64,000 nt of DNA from a virus, in IMG/VR virus record IMGVR_UViG_3300036859_000864, positions 1 through 64,000 of that record; one strand, written 5' to 3'. Under the pieces are notes generated by a model. That model made no database searches. It had not been told where the DNA came from and was given only the letters and a program-made list of their open reading frames with translations. Both the position numbers and the translations under genes were made by a program. Positions 1 through 9,543 of the stretch are shown piece after piece (position 1 is the stretch's first letter; each line of letters begins with the position of its first letter).

Positions 1-33
1 CTGGATCTTCGTGGAGGGCGGATCGCTCGCAGC

Positions 34-330
34 GTGAACGAATTCCTGATCGTCTCGGCGCTCATCGGCACAACTCTTCTCGTTGTGCGCGGCACCATCT
101 TCGAGCCACTCAGACGCCTCTGGCCCGCGCTCTTGCGATGCTCTCAGTGCTTCGGCACCTGGGTAGGCATCGCTGCGAGCGCGAGCGGTCTCGTGTCGGT
201 GGGGCGTGGCCGAATCATCGACGCGCTCATCGTCGGAGCGGCGACAAGTTTCTTGTCGCTGCTGGCCGATGCTGTACTCTTGAACTTGCTCGGAGATCCA
301 AACGAGCAGAATTCCGAAAACAAGCCCTGA
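34..330 (+). CDS. DUF1360-like small membrane protein
   Basis: Hydrophobic segments and LLRCSQCFGTWVG (CxxC-W) motif. Confidence 0.6.
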   Translation: MNEFLIVSALIGTTLLVVRGTIFEPLRRLWPALLRCSQCFGTWVGIAASASGLVSVGRGRIIDALIVGAATSFLSLLADAVLLNLLGDPNEQNSENKP

Positions 331-358
331 CCGGTCGGGAACAAGGAGCGGTACGTCA

Positions 359-1291
359 ATGCGCAAACGTCTAAAGAACCTCAAGAACAAAAGTGGCCAC
401 AGCGAGAACGGCGCACCTCGCCAGATGCTAGACGAAGCGCTCTACCGAGAGCGCCAGTCAGGGATCCCGTTCGACAGCGAGTATTCGGGGTGGAGCAACG
501 GATCTCGTCCGCGAGATCAAGCCATCAGCCTGAGAACCAGAGCTGGGACAAGAGGGCCCGACGGGCCTACCCCTCCTCCTACGCTTCTGGTCGATCTAGG
601 ATCAGCAGGATTTTTCGCCATCTTCGCACAGTCCGGCATCACGACGACGGGCGGATCCACCGTCAACGGCGACATGGGCATCAACCCCGCCGCCGCCGCC
701 AGCATCACGGGTTTCGCGCTCGCGCTCGACGGCGGAGGCCAATTCTCGACCTCCTCTCAGGTATTCCCAGGCACCCCCGCGCTCCCTTACCCGCCGCAAC
801 TCGGTCAGGTATTCGCGCCGGACTACGCAGTACCCACACCGGCCAAGGTAGTTCTAGCCAGCGCCGATCTGATCACCGCGTACAACGATGCCGCCGGCCG
901 TGTCCCGAATTTCACCGCAGCTGGCGCCGACATAGGCGGGTTGACGCTCGAGGCAGGCGTAGCCGGTGTCTACAAATACACCGGTGCGAGCAGCGTCACA
1001 TCGGCACCTCTGACGTTGCACGGAACCAACCCCGGCGACGCCATCATCATTCAAGTCGCCGGCACGTTCGACGTTCATCAGAACATAGTTTTGACGGGAA
1101 CTCTCGCAGGGCACCCCGAGAACGTCTACTTCGCGGTGGCGGGGCAAGTCACCATCTTCGGAGGTGTCACGATCAACGGAGAGTTCCTCGGCGCGACTGG
1201 CATCGCCATGCAAGCAGGATCGGTGCTCAACGGTCGAGCGCTGGCGCAGACTGCGGTGACGCTGATCAGCAACACAATCAACGAGACGTAA
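359..1291 (+). CDS. Ice-binding protein (DUF3494) with basic N-terminal extension
   Basis: VDLGSAGFFAIFAQSGITTTG..VNGDMGINPAAAASITGF; DLITAYNDAAGR; NGRALAQTAVTL. Confidence 0.9.
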   Translation: MRKRLKNLKNKSGHSENGAPRQMLDEALYRERQSGIPFDSEYSGWSNGSRPRDQAISLRTRAGTRGPDGPTPPPTLLVDLGSAGFFAIFAQSGITTTGGSTVNGDMGINPAAAASITGFALALDGGGQFSTSSQVFPGTPALPYPPQLGQVFAPDYAVPTPAKVVLASADLITAYNDAAGRVPNFTAAGADIGGLTLEAGVAGVYKYTGASSVTSAPLTLHGTNPGDAIIIQVAGTFDVHQNIVLTGTLAGHPENVYFAVAGQVTIFGGVTINGEFLGATGIAMQAGSVLNGRALAQTAVTLISNTINET

Positions 1292-1359
1292 AAACGTAGG
1301 TCGCGCCGGGGTGCGCTTACTGCAAGTTCGAGCGCCCCGAACCTCGGGAACGTAAGAAC

Positions 1360-2106
1360 ATGAGCTACCTCATCGGCAAAGGGCGCTACGCCCGGGAAAC
1401 CTATCCGGAAGCTCCGCGATCCGGCGCGGCTCCGGCTCCGAGCGATTTGGGATTCGGGCTATACGCCGCAAGGCCCGCGCCGGGGAACCTAGGGCATCTG
1501 TGGACGTCGAGCGACGGCGCCACGATCTTTCAAGACGACGGTACCAACTGGCGTCCCTTGATCGGCGGACGCCCCGGCACGCAGGTGCCGCTCGTTGCAG
1601 CATTTCCAAACGTATACGGCGCTGCGACGTGGACCGACTCAACGGGGACCGTCTTAGTGCGCGCGCCTGGCCTCGGGACTCAACAGATGAATGCGATCAC
1701 GGAGGCCATTCCCGGAGCATCGTGGAGCGCAACGGCGCACCTGTCCTCGCTCGCTTTGGAGTCGAATGACCTGTTTGGAGCCGGTATCGTAGCCTCCGAC
1801 GGTACAACTTTTCTGTCCTGGAAACTCGACGCTTCGGGATTCTCCGGCGTGCATCTGACGTTGAGCACGTGGGATACGACCACGGGCCCGATCACCACAT
1901 TGAGCGGCGCAAATCAAGGAGCGGGAAACGGACTGTGGCTTCGTCTCGAGAGTGACGGAGCTGACGTCACCGCGAGCACATCTCCTGATGGTGTCAACTT
2001 TTCTCCTGTGTTCGTCGTTGCCGATCCAGGTTGGACGCAGGTGGGTTTTATGGCCGATAACGAGTCGGCCGGCATTGCGGTGTTTGATAGCTGGGAACTC
2101 TCGTAG
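1360..2106 (+). CDS. Putative receptor-binding/decoration protein: IGKGRY N-peptide plus ConA-like domain
   Basis: Shared N-peptide; GLYAARPAPG...DDGTNW fibre-type motif; LWLRLESDG..VTASTSPDGVNF beta-sandwich. Confidence 0.65.
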   Translation: MSYLIGKGRYARETYPEAPRSGAAPAPSDLGFGLYAARPAPGNLGHLWTSSDGATIFQDDGTNWRPLIGGRPGTQVPLVAAFPNVYGAATWTDSTGTVLVRAPGLGTQQMNAITEAIPGASWSATAHLSSLALESNDLFGAGIVASDGTTFLSWKLDASGFSGVHLTLSTWDTTTGPITTLSGANQGAGNGLWLRLESDGADVTASTSPDGVNFSPVFVVADPGWTQVGFMADNESAGIAVFDSWELS

Positions 2107-2134
2107 TGGGGAATTTTCTTTTTGAGAGGGCACT

Positions 2135-3580
2135 ATGAGTCGAATCATCGGCAAAGGTCGTTACGCCACCGAAACGTACCCGGAAGCTCCGCGCATCAGC
2201 GGTTCGCCGTCGGGCGCTTCCCTCATTCCGATCCATTACCAGTTTTGGGTCGGTGTTCTCGACGTCCCTCCAGCTACTCCGAACGGCTCGATCCAATCCC
2301 CATTCCCAACATTGCAGGAATCGCTCACCGCCGGCGCAGCGCTCCCGGCAGGCGCGATCATCGACTACTTCCTCGCGGACGCGGACTACACCGCGGAGGG
2401 GTCTCTCGCGATCCCATCCGGGAAAACCACGCGCTTGGTGAGCATGTGCGGCGGGACCACCGTCGGAGACGCCACCGTTTCGGCAGAGGATCCCGCTACC
2501 GGATTTTCACTCTTGGACGTACTCATCCCCGCAGGCGTTGCGATAACGGGCGTTGTAGGCGGGAACGTACTCCTGGAGCTTTTCTACGCCGAACCGGAAG
2601 GCAACGGCATCGGGAATCTCGTAGAGACACTCCCCGCCGGGCAACTTCAAATCAAGGCGACCAACGGCGCGATCACATCGATAGTCGCCCCAAACTGCAA
2701 TCTCATCCAATCGAGTGGAACGAACTATCCGAACGGCATCAACGCACCGAACTGCGACTTCAACGCGACCGACGGAAACGTCTTCGAAGACGTTTCGGTT
2801 TTCACTTACTCGTGCGTCGACTGTGTGATCGGCGGAGACGCCGAAGCCGGCGTCCAGTGGACAGTCGTCGCGGTGTCCACAGGAAGCGTAAAAGGGTTCA
2901 ACTCTTGCCAGTTCAACGGATTCGGAGATTTCAACGGCCCCGTCGGCTCGTTCACAACGGACATCGACTCGGCCTACTCGGCTCGGGCTCAAGCGTGGTC
3001 TCTTTCAGGTGGAGCCACGACAGTGTTCAACGCGAACATCGGTCAAGTCCTCACAGTAAACTCAAACGGCTTTCCGGTATTCAGCGCCCCAGCCGTTAAA
3101 GGATTCACGCTCGCGTCGGGAGGTGCTCTCTTCGGCGCTACAGGCACGATCCCCGCATTCGATATTCGACAAGGAACCTCGTTCCCGATCGCTGTGGTAG
3201 GCGACGACATCGACAAAGTGGAATTTTGGAACTTCCCAGCGCGCGCCTACACGCTCGGTACTGACGTAACCTTCGACGTGTTTTGGTACGCAGACGCGGT
3301 TGTAGGAAACGTAAATTTCGAAGGCGCGCTCGGAGCTCAATCGCTCGCAGACACGAACGACATCGAAACGAAAGCGCTGGCGGCACCCGTATCGGTAGAA
3401 CAAGCCGTCAACGCCAACACGCGCGCCTTGAACCGCACTCGAATCGTTTTCACAGGTGCGTCTCTAGATGGGCTAGATACGAACGATTTCGTGGCTCTTC
3501 GTCTGGCCCGCCGAGCCGCTGCCGGCGCCGAGATGGCCGGGAACCCCCGCTTCATTTACGGTATAGTGGACTGGCCATGA
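2135..3580 (+). CDS. Putative spike protein: IGKGRY N-peptide, beta-helix, C-terminal jelly-roll
   Basis: Shared N-peptide; NGSIQSPFPTLQE beta-helix cap motif; repeated I(V/N)APNC(N/D). Confidence 0.6.
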   Translation: MSRIIGKGRYATETYPEAPRISGSPSGASLIPIHYQFWVGVLDVPPATPNGSIQSPFPTLQESLTAGAALPAGAIIDYFLADADYTAEGSLAIPSGKTTRLVSMCGGTTVGDATVSAEDPATGFSLLDVLIPAGVAITGVVGGNVLLELFYAEPEGNGIGNLVETLPAGQLQIKATNGAITSIVAPNCNLIQSSGTNYPNGINAPNCDFNATDGNVFEDVSVFTYSCVDCVIGGDAEAGVQWTVVAVSTGSVKGFNSCQFNGFGDFNGPVGSFTTDIDSAYSARAQAWSLSGGATTVFNANIGQVLTVNSNGFPVFSAPAVKGFTLASGGALFGATGTIPAFDIRQGTSFPIAVVGDDIDKVEFWNFPARAYTLGTDVTFDVFWYADAVVGNVNFEGALGAQSLADTNDIETKALAAPVSVEQAVNANTRALNRTRIVFTGASLDGLDTNDFVALRLARRAAAGAEMAGNPRFIYGIVDWP

Positions 3581-4308
3581 GCTGCGCCGGCGACGGAGAT
3601 GTGGGTAACTCGACGAACACGAACACCAATCTAGGTGCGTTCGACGGACCGTTTTCCGTGCTCGCGCGCGTGTGCCCGTCTGGAGACACGTTCGGACCCG
3701 GAGCAGACGGCTTCGCTACCTGGTTCGACATCGGGGCCAACGGCGGTGGCGGTAATTTCGATTGGCAGTTCTTCTTCAACATCGCTCCCGACAACCACGA
3801 GTTGCACTACCTGAACTACACGAGCGGTGCGGTGACCCTCGATGTAGTCGTGGGCGTACTCAGCGCTATCGGCATCTCTACCGTATGCATCACGCACGAC
3901 CCCGCAGGCGCCGGAGAAACGAAACTGTACCTAGCGCCGCCAGGAGGCGCGCTGACATTGATCGGAACATTCGTAGACGCCTACACCGCCCCGGGAGGGC
4001 TCGGGAACCTCACCCTATTCAATTTCTTCGGGGTCGGTACTGAACCCCTACATGGCGAACTCGTCGGCATCATTCAATGGGCTGACGTGCTCACCATCGA
4101 AGAACTCGCCGTTCAGATGAACTCGATCAAACCGTGCGTACGCCTAGACGCCATCGTGAACGGCAACGGGCGCTTCTACCCGATGCTCAATGAAGGCCGC
4201 GTAACCGTCGACGAGAGCGGCAACGATTTCGACACGACGTTGGCGGGCACGCTTCCTACATCCACGCTCATGCCGGCCGTCCCGTGGGGCAGCTCACCGT
4301 ACCTGTGA
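3577..4308 (+). CDS. LamG/ConA-like domain protein
   Basis: ATGA overlap with upstream stop; FSVLARV, VCITHD, LHGELVGIIQWADVLT..EL, VDESGN. Confidence 0.65.
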   Translation: MSCAGDGDVGNSTNTNTNLGAFDGPFSVLARVCPSGDTFGPGADGFATWFDIGANGGGGNFDWQFFFNIAPDNHELHYLNYTSGAVTLDVVVGVLSAIGISTVCITHDPAGAGETKLYLAPPGGALTLIGTFVDAYTAPGGLGNLTLFNFFGVGTEPLHGELVGIIQWADVLTIEELAVQMNSIKPCVRLDAIVNGNGRFYPMLNEGRVTVDESGNDFDTTLAGTLPTSTLMPAVPWGSSPYL

Positions 4309-4315
4309 GGCACCT

Positions 4316-4876
4316 ATGGCAAACCGCGCATCCTGGAAAACCGTCGCGATAGGCAGCGCCGTCATCGGCGGGATCGGCGCCATTCTACTCACCAGCCGCA
4401 AAGCAGCGGCCTCGTCGTTGCCTTCATCGACGGTACGGCGCGTAGCGTTGATCGGAGACTCGTACGCGGTCGGGTTGGGTCCGGAGCTCCGAAAATACTT
4501 CCCAGAGTTCAAGTACGAGGGGGTCGTTGGAACGAACACTGCGCAATGGGCATCCCATTCGAAAGCGTGCGGCACCTGCGGGGACTGGCTCACGACCTTC
4601 AAACCCGACGTCGTACTTGTCTCACTTGGAGTCAACGACGGGACAGCGCCGAACGCCAGGAACTACAACGACATCGTGAGCGCGCTGCACGGAATCGGAG
4701 CTCGAGTCGTGTGGATCGAACCGCCGGCAGCCGTAAATACCCCTGCGGTACGCAGCACTATCGCTTCGCTCGGCGTGAGTACCGTATCGGCTCCAACGTT
4801 GGTCATGGCCAACGCGCTGCATCCTGCGAGCTACAACAGGTGGGCGCAAGAGATCGCGCAAGCGGTACTCCAATGA
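4316..4876 (+). CDS. SGNH/GDSL hydrolase with N-terminal membrane anchor
   Basis: VALIGDSY, VVLVSLGVND, ALHP blocks; N-terminal hydrophobic helix. Confidence 0.85.
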   Translation: MANRASWKTVAIGSAVIGGIGAILLTSRKAAASSLPSSTVRRVALIGDSYAVGLGPELRKYFPEFKYEGVVGTNTAQWASHSKACGTCGDWLTTFKPDVVLVSLGVNDGTAPNARNYNDIVSALHGIGARVVWIEPPAAVNTPAVRSTIASLGVSTVSAPTLVMANALHPASYNRWAQEIAQAVLQ

Positions 4877-5112
4877 TCTACTTCAACAGGCGCCCAACAA
4901 TCGGATTCGGCGACGAGCACGTCGATCGCCCTCTCCCACCCCTCGAGCTCCGAACGGCTTACACCGTGAAGGGCCTCGGCATCGGCGCCGGCGGCCTTCT
5001 CGGGTACCTCGCTTTCGGGCCCATCGGAATGATCCTCGGAGGGGGTGCCGGCTGGTACGCGGGAAACCGCGCCGCCATCAAAGCCGAGAAGGACTTCACG
5101 AGCAATGGCTAA
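4873..5112 (+). CDS. Glycine-zipper membrane protein
   Basis: ATGA overlap; GLGIGAGGLLGYLAFGPIGMILGGGAG. Confidence 0.6.
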   Translation: MIYFNRRPTIGFGDEHVDRPLPPLELRTAYTVKGLGIGAGGLLGYLAFGPIGMILGGGAGWYAGNRAAIKAEKDFTSNG

Positions 5113-5824
5113 CCTCGATTGGCCTGCGTTCGGCAACGCGCTCTGGCTCGTGAGCGATCGTCTCGGCATTCGTCCTGAGTGGCAGCTTCCAGTCATCTAC
5201 CTGGAAACGGCCCACACGTTCGATCCGGCGGTCATGAACTCGGGAGGGTGCGTGGGGCTCAACCAATTCTGCCCTTCGACGTACTCCAGATACGTACACG
5301 TGCCCGTCAACCAGTACCGCACATGGACCGCCAGCGCGCAGCTCTCCGGACCGATACTCGCTTACTGGCGCGATGCGCTCACGCACGGGCCGATCGATTC
5401 TGCCGCGCGTTTGATGTTGGCGCAATTGGGCCAAGGGTTGCTCGCCACCACGCCGGCCATGAACAGCGTGGTGTTCTCCGCACCCAGCGCCGAGTACAGC
5501 CAAAACGCCGGCTTCGACACGACACGAAAGGGCTATTTCACACTTCAAGATCTGGCAGACGTGTTGGCGAAGCAAGCGCGCGCGCCGGAGGTTCAGGAAG
5601 CAATCGGACGTGCGTACGCCATGCGCCCGAACGAGGTACCGAGCGAGGGCTACACCTTTTCGCTCGTAGACCCGCCTACAACTCGGAGCGGCGGGGCCGT
5701 CGCAACACTCGTCTTAGGCACGTTCATGGCCGCGGTAGGGTACGGAACATACAAGTTACTCGGCGCCTTGAAAACGCGGCCTGAGAGATCAACCCTCCCG
5801 CCGCCGGCGTTCAGGCGCACATGA
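5105..5824 (+). CDS. Lytic transglycosylase (SLT-like) with C-terminal TM helix
   Basis: VIYLETAHTFDP..N...VGLNQFCPST resembles the catalytic Glu and GLxQF motifs; C-terminal hydrophobic helix. Confidence 0.75.
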   Translation: MANLDWPAFGNALWLVSDRLGIRPEWQLPVIYLETAHTFDPAVMNSGGCVGLNQFCPSTYSRYVHVPVNQYRTWTASAQLSGPILAYWRDALTHGPIDSAARLMLAQLGQGLLATTPAMNSVVFSAPSAEYSQNAGFDTTRKGYFTLQDLADVLAKQARAPEVQEAIGRAYAMRPNEVPSEGYTFSLVDPPTTRSGGAVATLVLGTFMAAVGYGTYKLLGALKTRPERSTLPPPAFRRT

Positions 5825-6255
5825 ACAAGCCGCTCCTCTGGTTTTCCGTGGGAAGCGCCGCCGCGGGGGCCGCACTCCTCCTCTGGAAAAGGGCGGGGGA
5901 GCGCACCACCCCGCCCATTCCTGCGGGGGAGCCCTCCAAGACCTACGGCGAGGCTACGAAAGTCACGCTCGCGGTACCTGCGGGTTGGCGCCGCGTGACC
6001 GGCGCCGAAGTGTCAGCTCTTCCCGAGCTTGGATCTCAGGCGAGCGCGCTCATGAACACGCCGGGTTTCACGTCAATGCAGTACGGTACGCTCACCCCGT
6101 TCGTCGGAAGTGACGGGAAGACGTACGCAACATGGATCGAACAGCACTACCACGAGCCCGGTGGCTCGGCGAAGCCGTGGGGGCTACACCATGGGGTAAC
6201 AGTGCTCGCTCAGGCGAGCGCCTCCACGCTCGCTGACGAATGGGGAATCGCATGA
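5821..6255 (+). CDS. Hypothetical membrane-anchored protein
   Basis: Overlap-coupled ORF with N-terminal TM segment. Confidence 0.6.
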   Translation: MNKPLLWFSVGSAAAGAALLLWKRAGERTTPPIPAGEPSKTYGEATKVTLAVPAGWRRVTGAEVSALPELGSQASALMNTPGFTSMQYGTLTPFVGSDGKTYATWIEQHYHEPGGSAKPWGLHHGVTVLAQASASTLADEWGIA

Positions 6256-6836
6256 CTCTTCGCCCGAACATCCTCACCCGACACACCGCGCTGGAAGTGA
6301 TCTCTGCGTACTCGGTAGCTCACGTTCGAGTGTTCTCGATTCCCATCACAGGCACGTTAGCCGAGTTGCTCACCGCGTGGAGCGCGTTCGAAACTTGGTT
6401 TTGGAAGCTCTGCCACGACGACAACCTCACGAACATGCGTGGCATGTGGCAGGGGAACGGAACGACGTTCAAGGCGAGTGAGATCGACGCCAACGGCAAA
6501 GAGATCTTTTTGCCGCCAAGCGCAACGAACGTCTTCCGCGCCTACGTCGAATCTCAGGGCGTGCCGGCGATCGTGGCTTCCGCAGAAGACAACATCCGTT
6601 TCGTAGGCACAGCGAGCAACCCCAGTGTGCGCCCGAACCGATTCCAAGAAGCGTGGGATGCGGCGCAGCGCGGAGACGTCGAAGGTTTCGTGATGGGGCT
6701 CGCGGAGCCGAAGCTTCCGGGTGTCGAGCACGTGCCTGGGTTTTTCACCGCGAACCCGCGCGTGTATCTCGCCGGCGTGCAGCATTGCCTGGACGTGCTC
6801 AGGCCGGACTTCGATGTGTACGAAAGAGCTCCGTGA
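6252..6836 (+). CDS. GH73/FlgJ-like peptidoglycan hydrolase
   Basis: WSAFET..DNLTNMRG, FRAY, GFFTANPRVY (YATDPxY-like). Confidence 0.6.
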   Translation: MTLRPNILTRHTALEVISAYSVAHVRVFSIPITGTLAELLTAWSAFETWFWKLCHDDNLTNMRGMWQGNGTTFKASEIDANGKEIFLPPSATNVFRAYVESQGVPAIVASAEDNIRFVGTASNPSVRPNRFQEAWDAAQRGDVEGFVMGLAEPKLPGVEHVPGFFTANPRVYLAGVQHCLDVLRPDFDVYERAP

Positions 6837-7027
6837 TTGCGCGTTTGATGTGCTTGCTGCTCGGGCACCAACTAGACAATCTCGAGAAGGTTGAAGGCGT
6901 GCAAGCACCCGTCTACGTGAGCCACGGCAAGTGCGCTCGCTGCGGCGTCCCTGTCATTACGGTCCGTGATCTTCGAGATGAAGAATCTCAGGCAGCCGAC
7001 GACGAACGTTCAGGTCGGTTGCAGTAA
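6833..7027 (+). CDS. Small Cys/His protein (DUF1660-like)
   Basis: GTGA overlap; CLLLGH...CARCG. Confidence 0.45.
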   Translation: MIARLMCLLLGHQLDNLEKVEGVQAPVYVSHGKCARCGVPVITVRDLRDEESQAADDERSGRLQ

Positions 7028-7576
7028 GCTCGTGAGCGGCTGAACGAGCCCCGCACCGCTGAGACGCCTGCATTGAATGCCGTTCGATGCAGGAAGAGTG
7101 GTCACCGTTGTCGTTCCTTGACTCAAGTAGGTCAATCGAACCACCGGCGCTGAAGGCAACGCTACCGAGAACAAGGTTCCGGCGCTGAAAATCTCGCCTG
7201 CGCCTCCTGCGGTCACGTTGAAAGCGCATGAGACCGGAGGCCCTGAACCTCCGTCGATGTAGTTCCAAGTTGAGCCGCCGTCCAAACTCACTTCGACTCG
7301 CACGACAAGGCTAATCGCTCCCGCTTCGGAGCTAGCGAGTGTGAAATCCACCTCGCCGTCTAGTACATCGTCCGCGTCCCAATCGGTGAACGTGATGACG
7401 ACGTTGCCGCTTACGGCTGCCGGTATCGGCGTGAAGACACCCACCGGATCCAGATTGCCAGAGGCGGTGTACGCGGTTCCGTATTGCAACAGCAGCGGGT
7501 CGGTGCCGCCGGCCGCAGCGGCCTTCTCAGGGTACGTTAAGGTCGCGTACCTGCCTTTGCCGATGATGTGTCCCAT
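7010..7576 (-). CDS. IGKGRY N-peptide protein with beta-sandwich domain
   Basis: MGHIIGKGRYATLTYPE; beta-rich remainder. Confidence 0.65.
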   Translation of the reverse strand: MGHIIGKGRYATLTYPEKAAAAGGTDPLLLQYGTAYTASGNLDPVGVFTPIPAAVSGNVVITFTDWDADDVLDGEVDFTLASSEAGAISLVVRVEVSLDGGSTWNYIDGGSGPPVSCAFNVTAGGAGEIFSAGTLFSVALPSAPVVRLTYLSQGTTTVTTLPASNGIQCRRLSGAGLVQPLTSLLQPT

Positions 7577-7687
7577 GAGGCCCCGAGTGTATCAGAGCCG
7601 CCCGACCTCGTGCAAAAACCTCTAGAATTTTGACTACTTACTGGATCGTCATCGGGTGTTTGGTCGAGTCTGATAGGCTCTTGACCC

Positions 7688-9034
7688 ATGACCCTGTCCT
7701 ATGCGCCGTACCCGCAGGCAGTAGCCGGATCACTTGGAGACGTGGGTCTCGGTGCGCTGACGTACCCGTCGTGGATTCCGCAGAAATGTGTGAACTGTAG
7801 CGACAGCACGTTGGCGCGCTGGAAGACCCAGATAGCCTTCGCGATGGGTTGGTACGACATCTTTCGCAACCTCGAGAAGTTTCCGGACCCGGCTCAAGCG
7901 GAACGCTTCAAGCGCTTCGGCACGTACGGGAAACCTGAGCTCGCCATGGATCCGAACAATGCGTTTTGGGCATCGACCCCCGAGCGCGTTGCAGATCACG
8001 CCGACATCGTGAAGCAAGCTTTGCGTCACGGTTCTTTTCACACGAGCACGTCGTTCACGCCCGTTGCGGCTCTCAAGACCGCCGTCAAAGCGATCGAGCA
8101 CGCTCCGGTCATGACGTTGGTGAATCCTGCCGACGCGCTCGTGCACAAGATCGTCGGCGACAAGGTGTACTACGCCGTCGCGAAAGCCATCGGCGGTGAC
8201 AAGGTCGAAGCGGCTTTGAAGGCCGGCAACAACTCGCTCGCGGATCTATCGAAGGGGAAGACGCGCGCCGAGCTCGTGAGTCAAGGTGTGGCGGTCGCCA
8301 AAACTGCGGTTGCGGAAAAGCTCACCCCCGAACAAGTGCAAGCCGTATTGGCGTCTCTTCCGCCTGAGACCGCTCAGGCGGCTCGAGACGCGCTCGCCGG
8401 CAAGACCCCCTCCGCGAGCGCGCCGGCGGCGCCCGCCGCCGCTCCCGCACCGGCACAGTTGCGGACGCTCGATCCGCCCAAGAGAGTAGCAGCGCCCCCG
8501 GCGCCGGCGGCTCCCGCGAAAGCGCCGTTGAAGACGCTCGATCCGCCAAAACGGGCCACAGCGCCCGCTTCTGCTGCCTCTGCGAAAGCAGCGCCCGCCG
8601 TTCAAGCCGCCTCGGCTACACCCGGCGCGGCCTTCACCTACGCGCCGTACCCTCGAACGGGGCTCAGTGGGCCCGAGGACGCCGTGCTGAACGCCCCGCC
8701 GCACGGAGGGCACGGGCACGGGGGAGGAGGTCACGGGGGTCACGGGGGGCACGGCGGGGGGCACGCACGCTCCTTCGCTCGAGGTGGGGGTGGAAGCCGT
8801 TGGTGGGGCGTCCCGTGGAACTACGAGGTCGTCACGACGGTCGAAACCTGCCGTACGTGGGGTGACCCGGTCGACATGATGCCGGTGGAGATGCTGACCG
8901 CGGCGCGGACGGTGCTCGGCACCTCCGGCGGGCGCCCGACGACCGTACGCGGGCCCGACGGCGTGCTCTACCTGATCGCGCTCGAGGGTAAATCTGTCAC
9001 GGCCCGACCGTGCGCCGCCGTCGCGACCTCCTGA
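7688..9034 (+). CDS. Hypothetical virion-associated protein with Ala/Pro and Gly/His low-complexity tracts
   Basis: 448-aa ORF; duplicated YAPYP and L(R/K)TLDPPKR motifs. Confidence 0.65.
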   Translation: MTLSYAPYPQAVAGSLGDVGLGALTYPSWIPQKCVNCSDSTLARWKTQIAFAMGWYDIFRNLEKFPDPAQAERFKRFGTYGKPELAMDPNNAFWASTPERVADHADIVKQALRHGSFHTSTSFTPVAALKTAVKAIEHAPVMTLVNPADALVHKIVGDKVYYAVAKAIGGDKVEAALKAGNNSLADLSKGKTRAELVSQGVAVAKTAVAEKLTPEQVQAVLASLPPETAQAARDALAGKTPSASAPAAPAAAPAPAQLRTLDPPKRVAAPPAPAAPAKAPLKTLDPPKRATAPASAASAKAAPAVQAASATPGAAFTYAPYPRTGLSGPEDAVLNAPPHGGHGHGGGGHGGHGGHGGGHARSFARGGGGSRWWGVPWNYEVVTTVETCRTWGDPVDMMPVEMLTAARTVLGTSGGRPTTVRGPDGVLYLIALEGKSVTARPCAAVATS

Positions 9035-9492
9035 TGGCACACGCTCAAAAAACGGATCTCCCGGGCTGGTTCCCGTTCGCTCTCGCCGCCTCGTTCCTCG
9101 TGATGGTCGGCGCCGGCGTCAAATCAGGTTGGAAGCTCTCCGGCAACGAACCGCCGCCCCCGCCGCTGCCGCCAACACCGCCGGGGACCCCGCAGGTGAA
9201 GCAGGCGGGCGTCCTTCAAGCGGAATGGGGCATCGCCGCGCCGGGGCGCTGGTTCTTCTGGTACGTGCTCCCCTACGGAGGGACTGCGTACGGGGCTCGA
9301 GGACCGGAGTACCTGACCGACCAGGCCGCGTTCCAGCTCGAGTTCGACACGACATCATCATCGCTCGGAGCGAAGCTCTACCGTTGGGTGTGGATTCCCG
9401 CGAAGGGGATCTGGGTCTACGACGCTCGGAACTCTCCGGACTTGCTCGCATCGCGTGAGATACGAGATCAGCAAGGCACAGTGGTCGGCTAA
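9034..9492 (+). CDS. Membrane-anchored protein with poly-Pro linker
   Basis: TGATG overlap; N-terminal TM segment then EPPPPPLPPTPP. Confidence 0.6.
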   Translation: MAHAQKTDLPGWFPFALAASFLVMVGAGVKSGWKLSGNEPPPPPLPPTPPGTPQVKQAGVLQAEWGIAAPGRWFFWYVLPYGGTAYGARGPEYLTDQAAFQLEFDTTSSSLGAKLYRWVWIPAKGIWVYDARNSPDLLASREIRDQQGTVVG

Positions 9493-9543
9493 CGAGGCAA
9501 TTCGCCTCGACCGCGACCGCCAGTGCGCGGTTACGCTTCGAGG

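Noticed and set aside
1360-7576. Diversity-generating retroelement or invertible shufflon explaining the shared N-termini
   Set aside because: No reverse transcriptase or adenine-specific TR/VR pair; identity is at protein level with synonymous changes.
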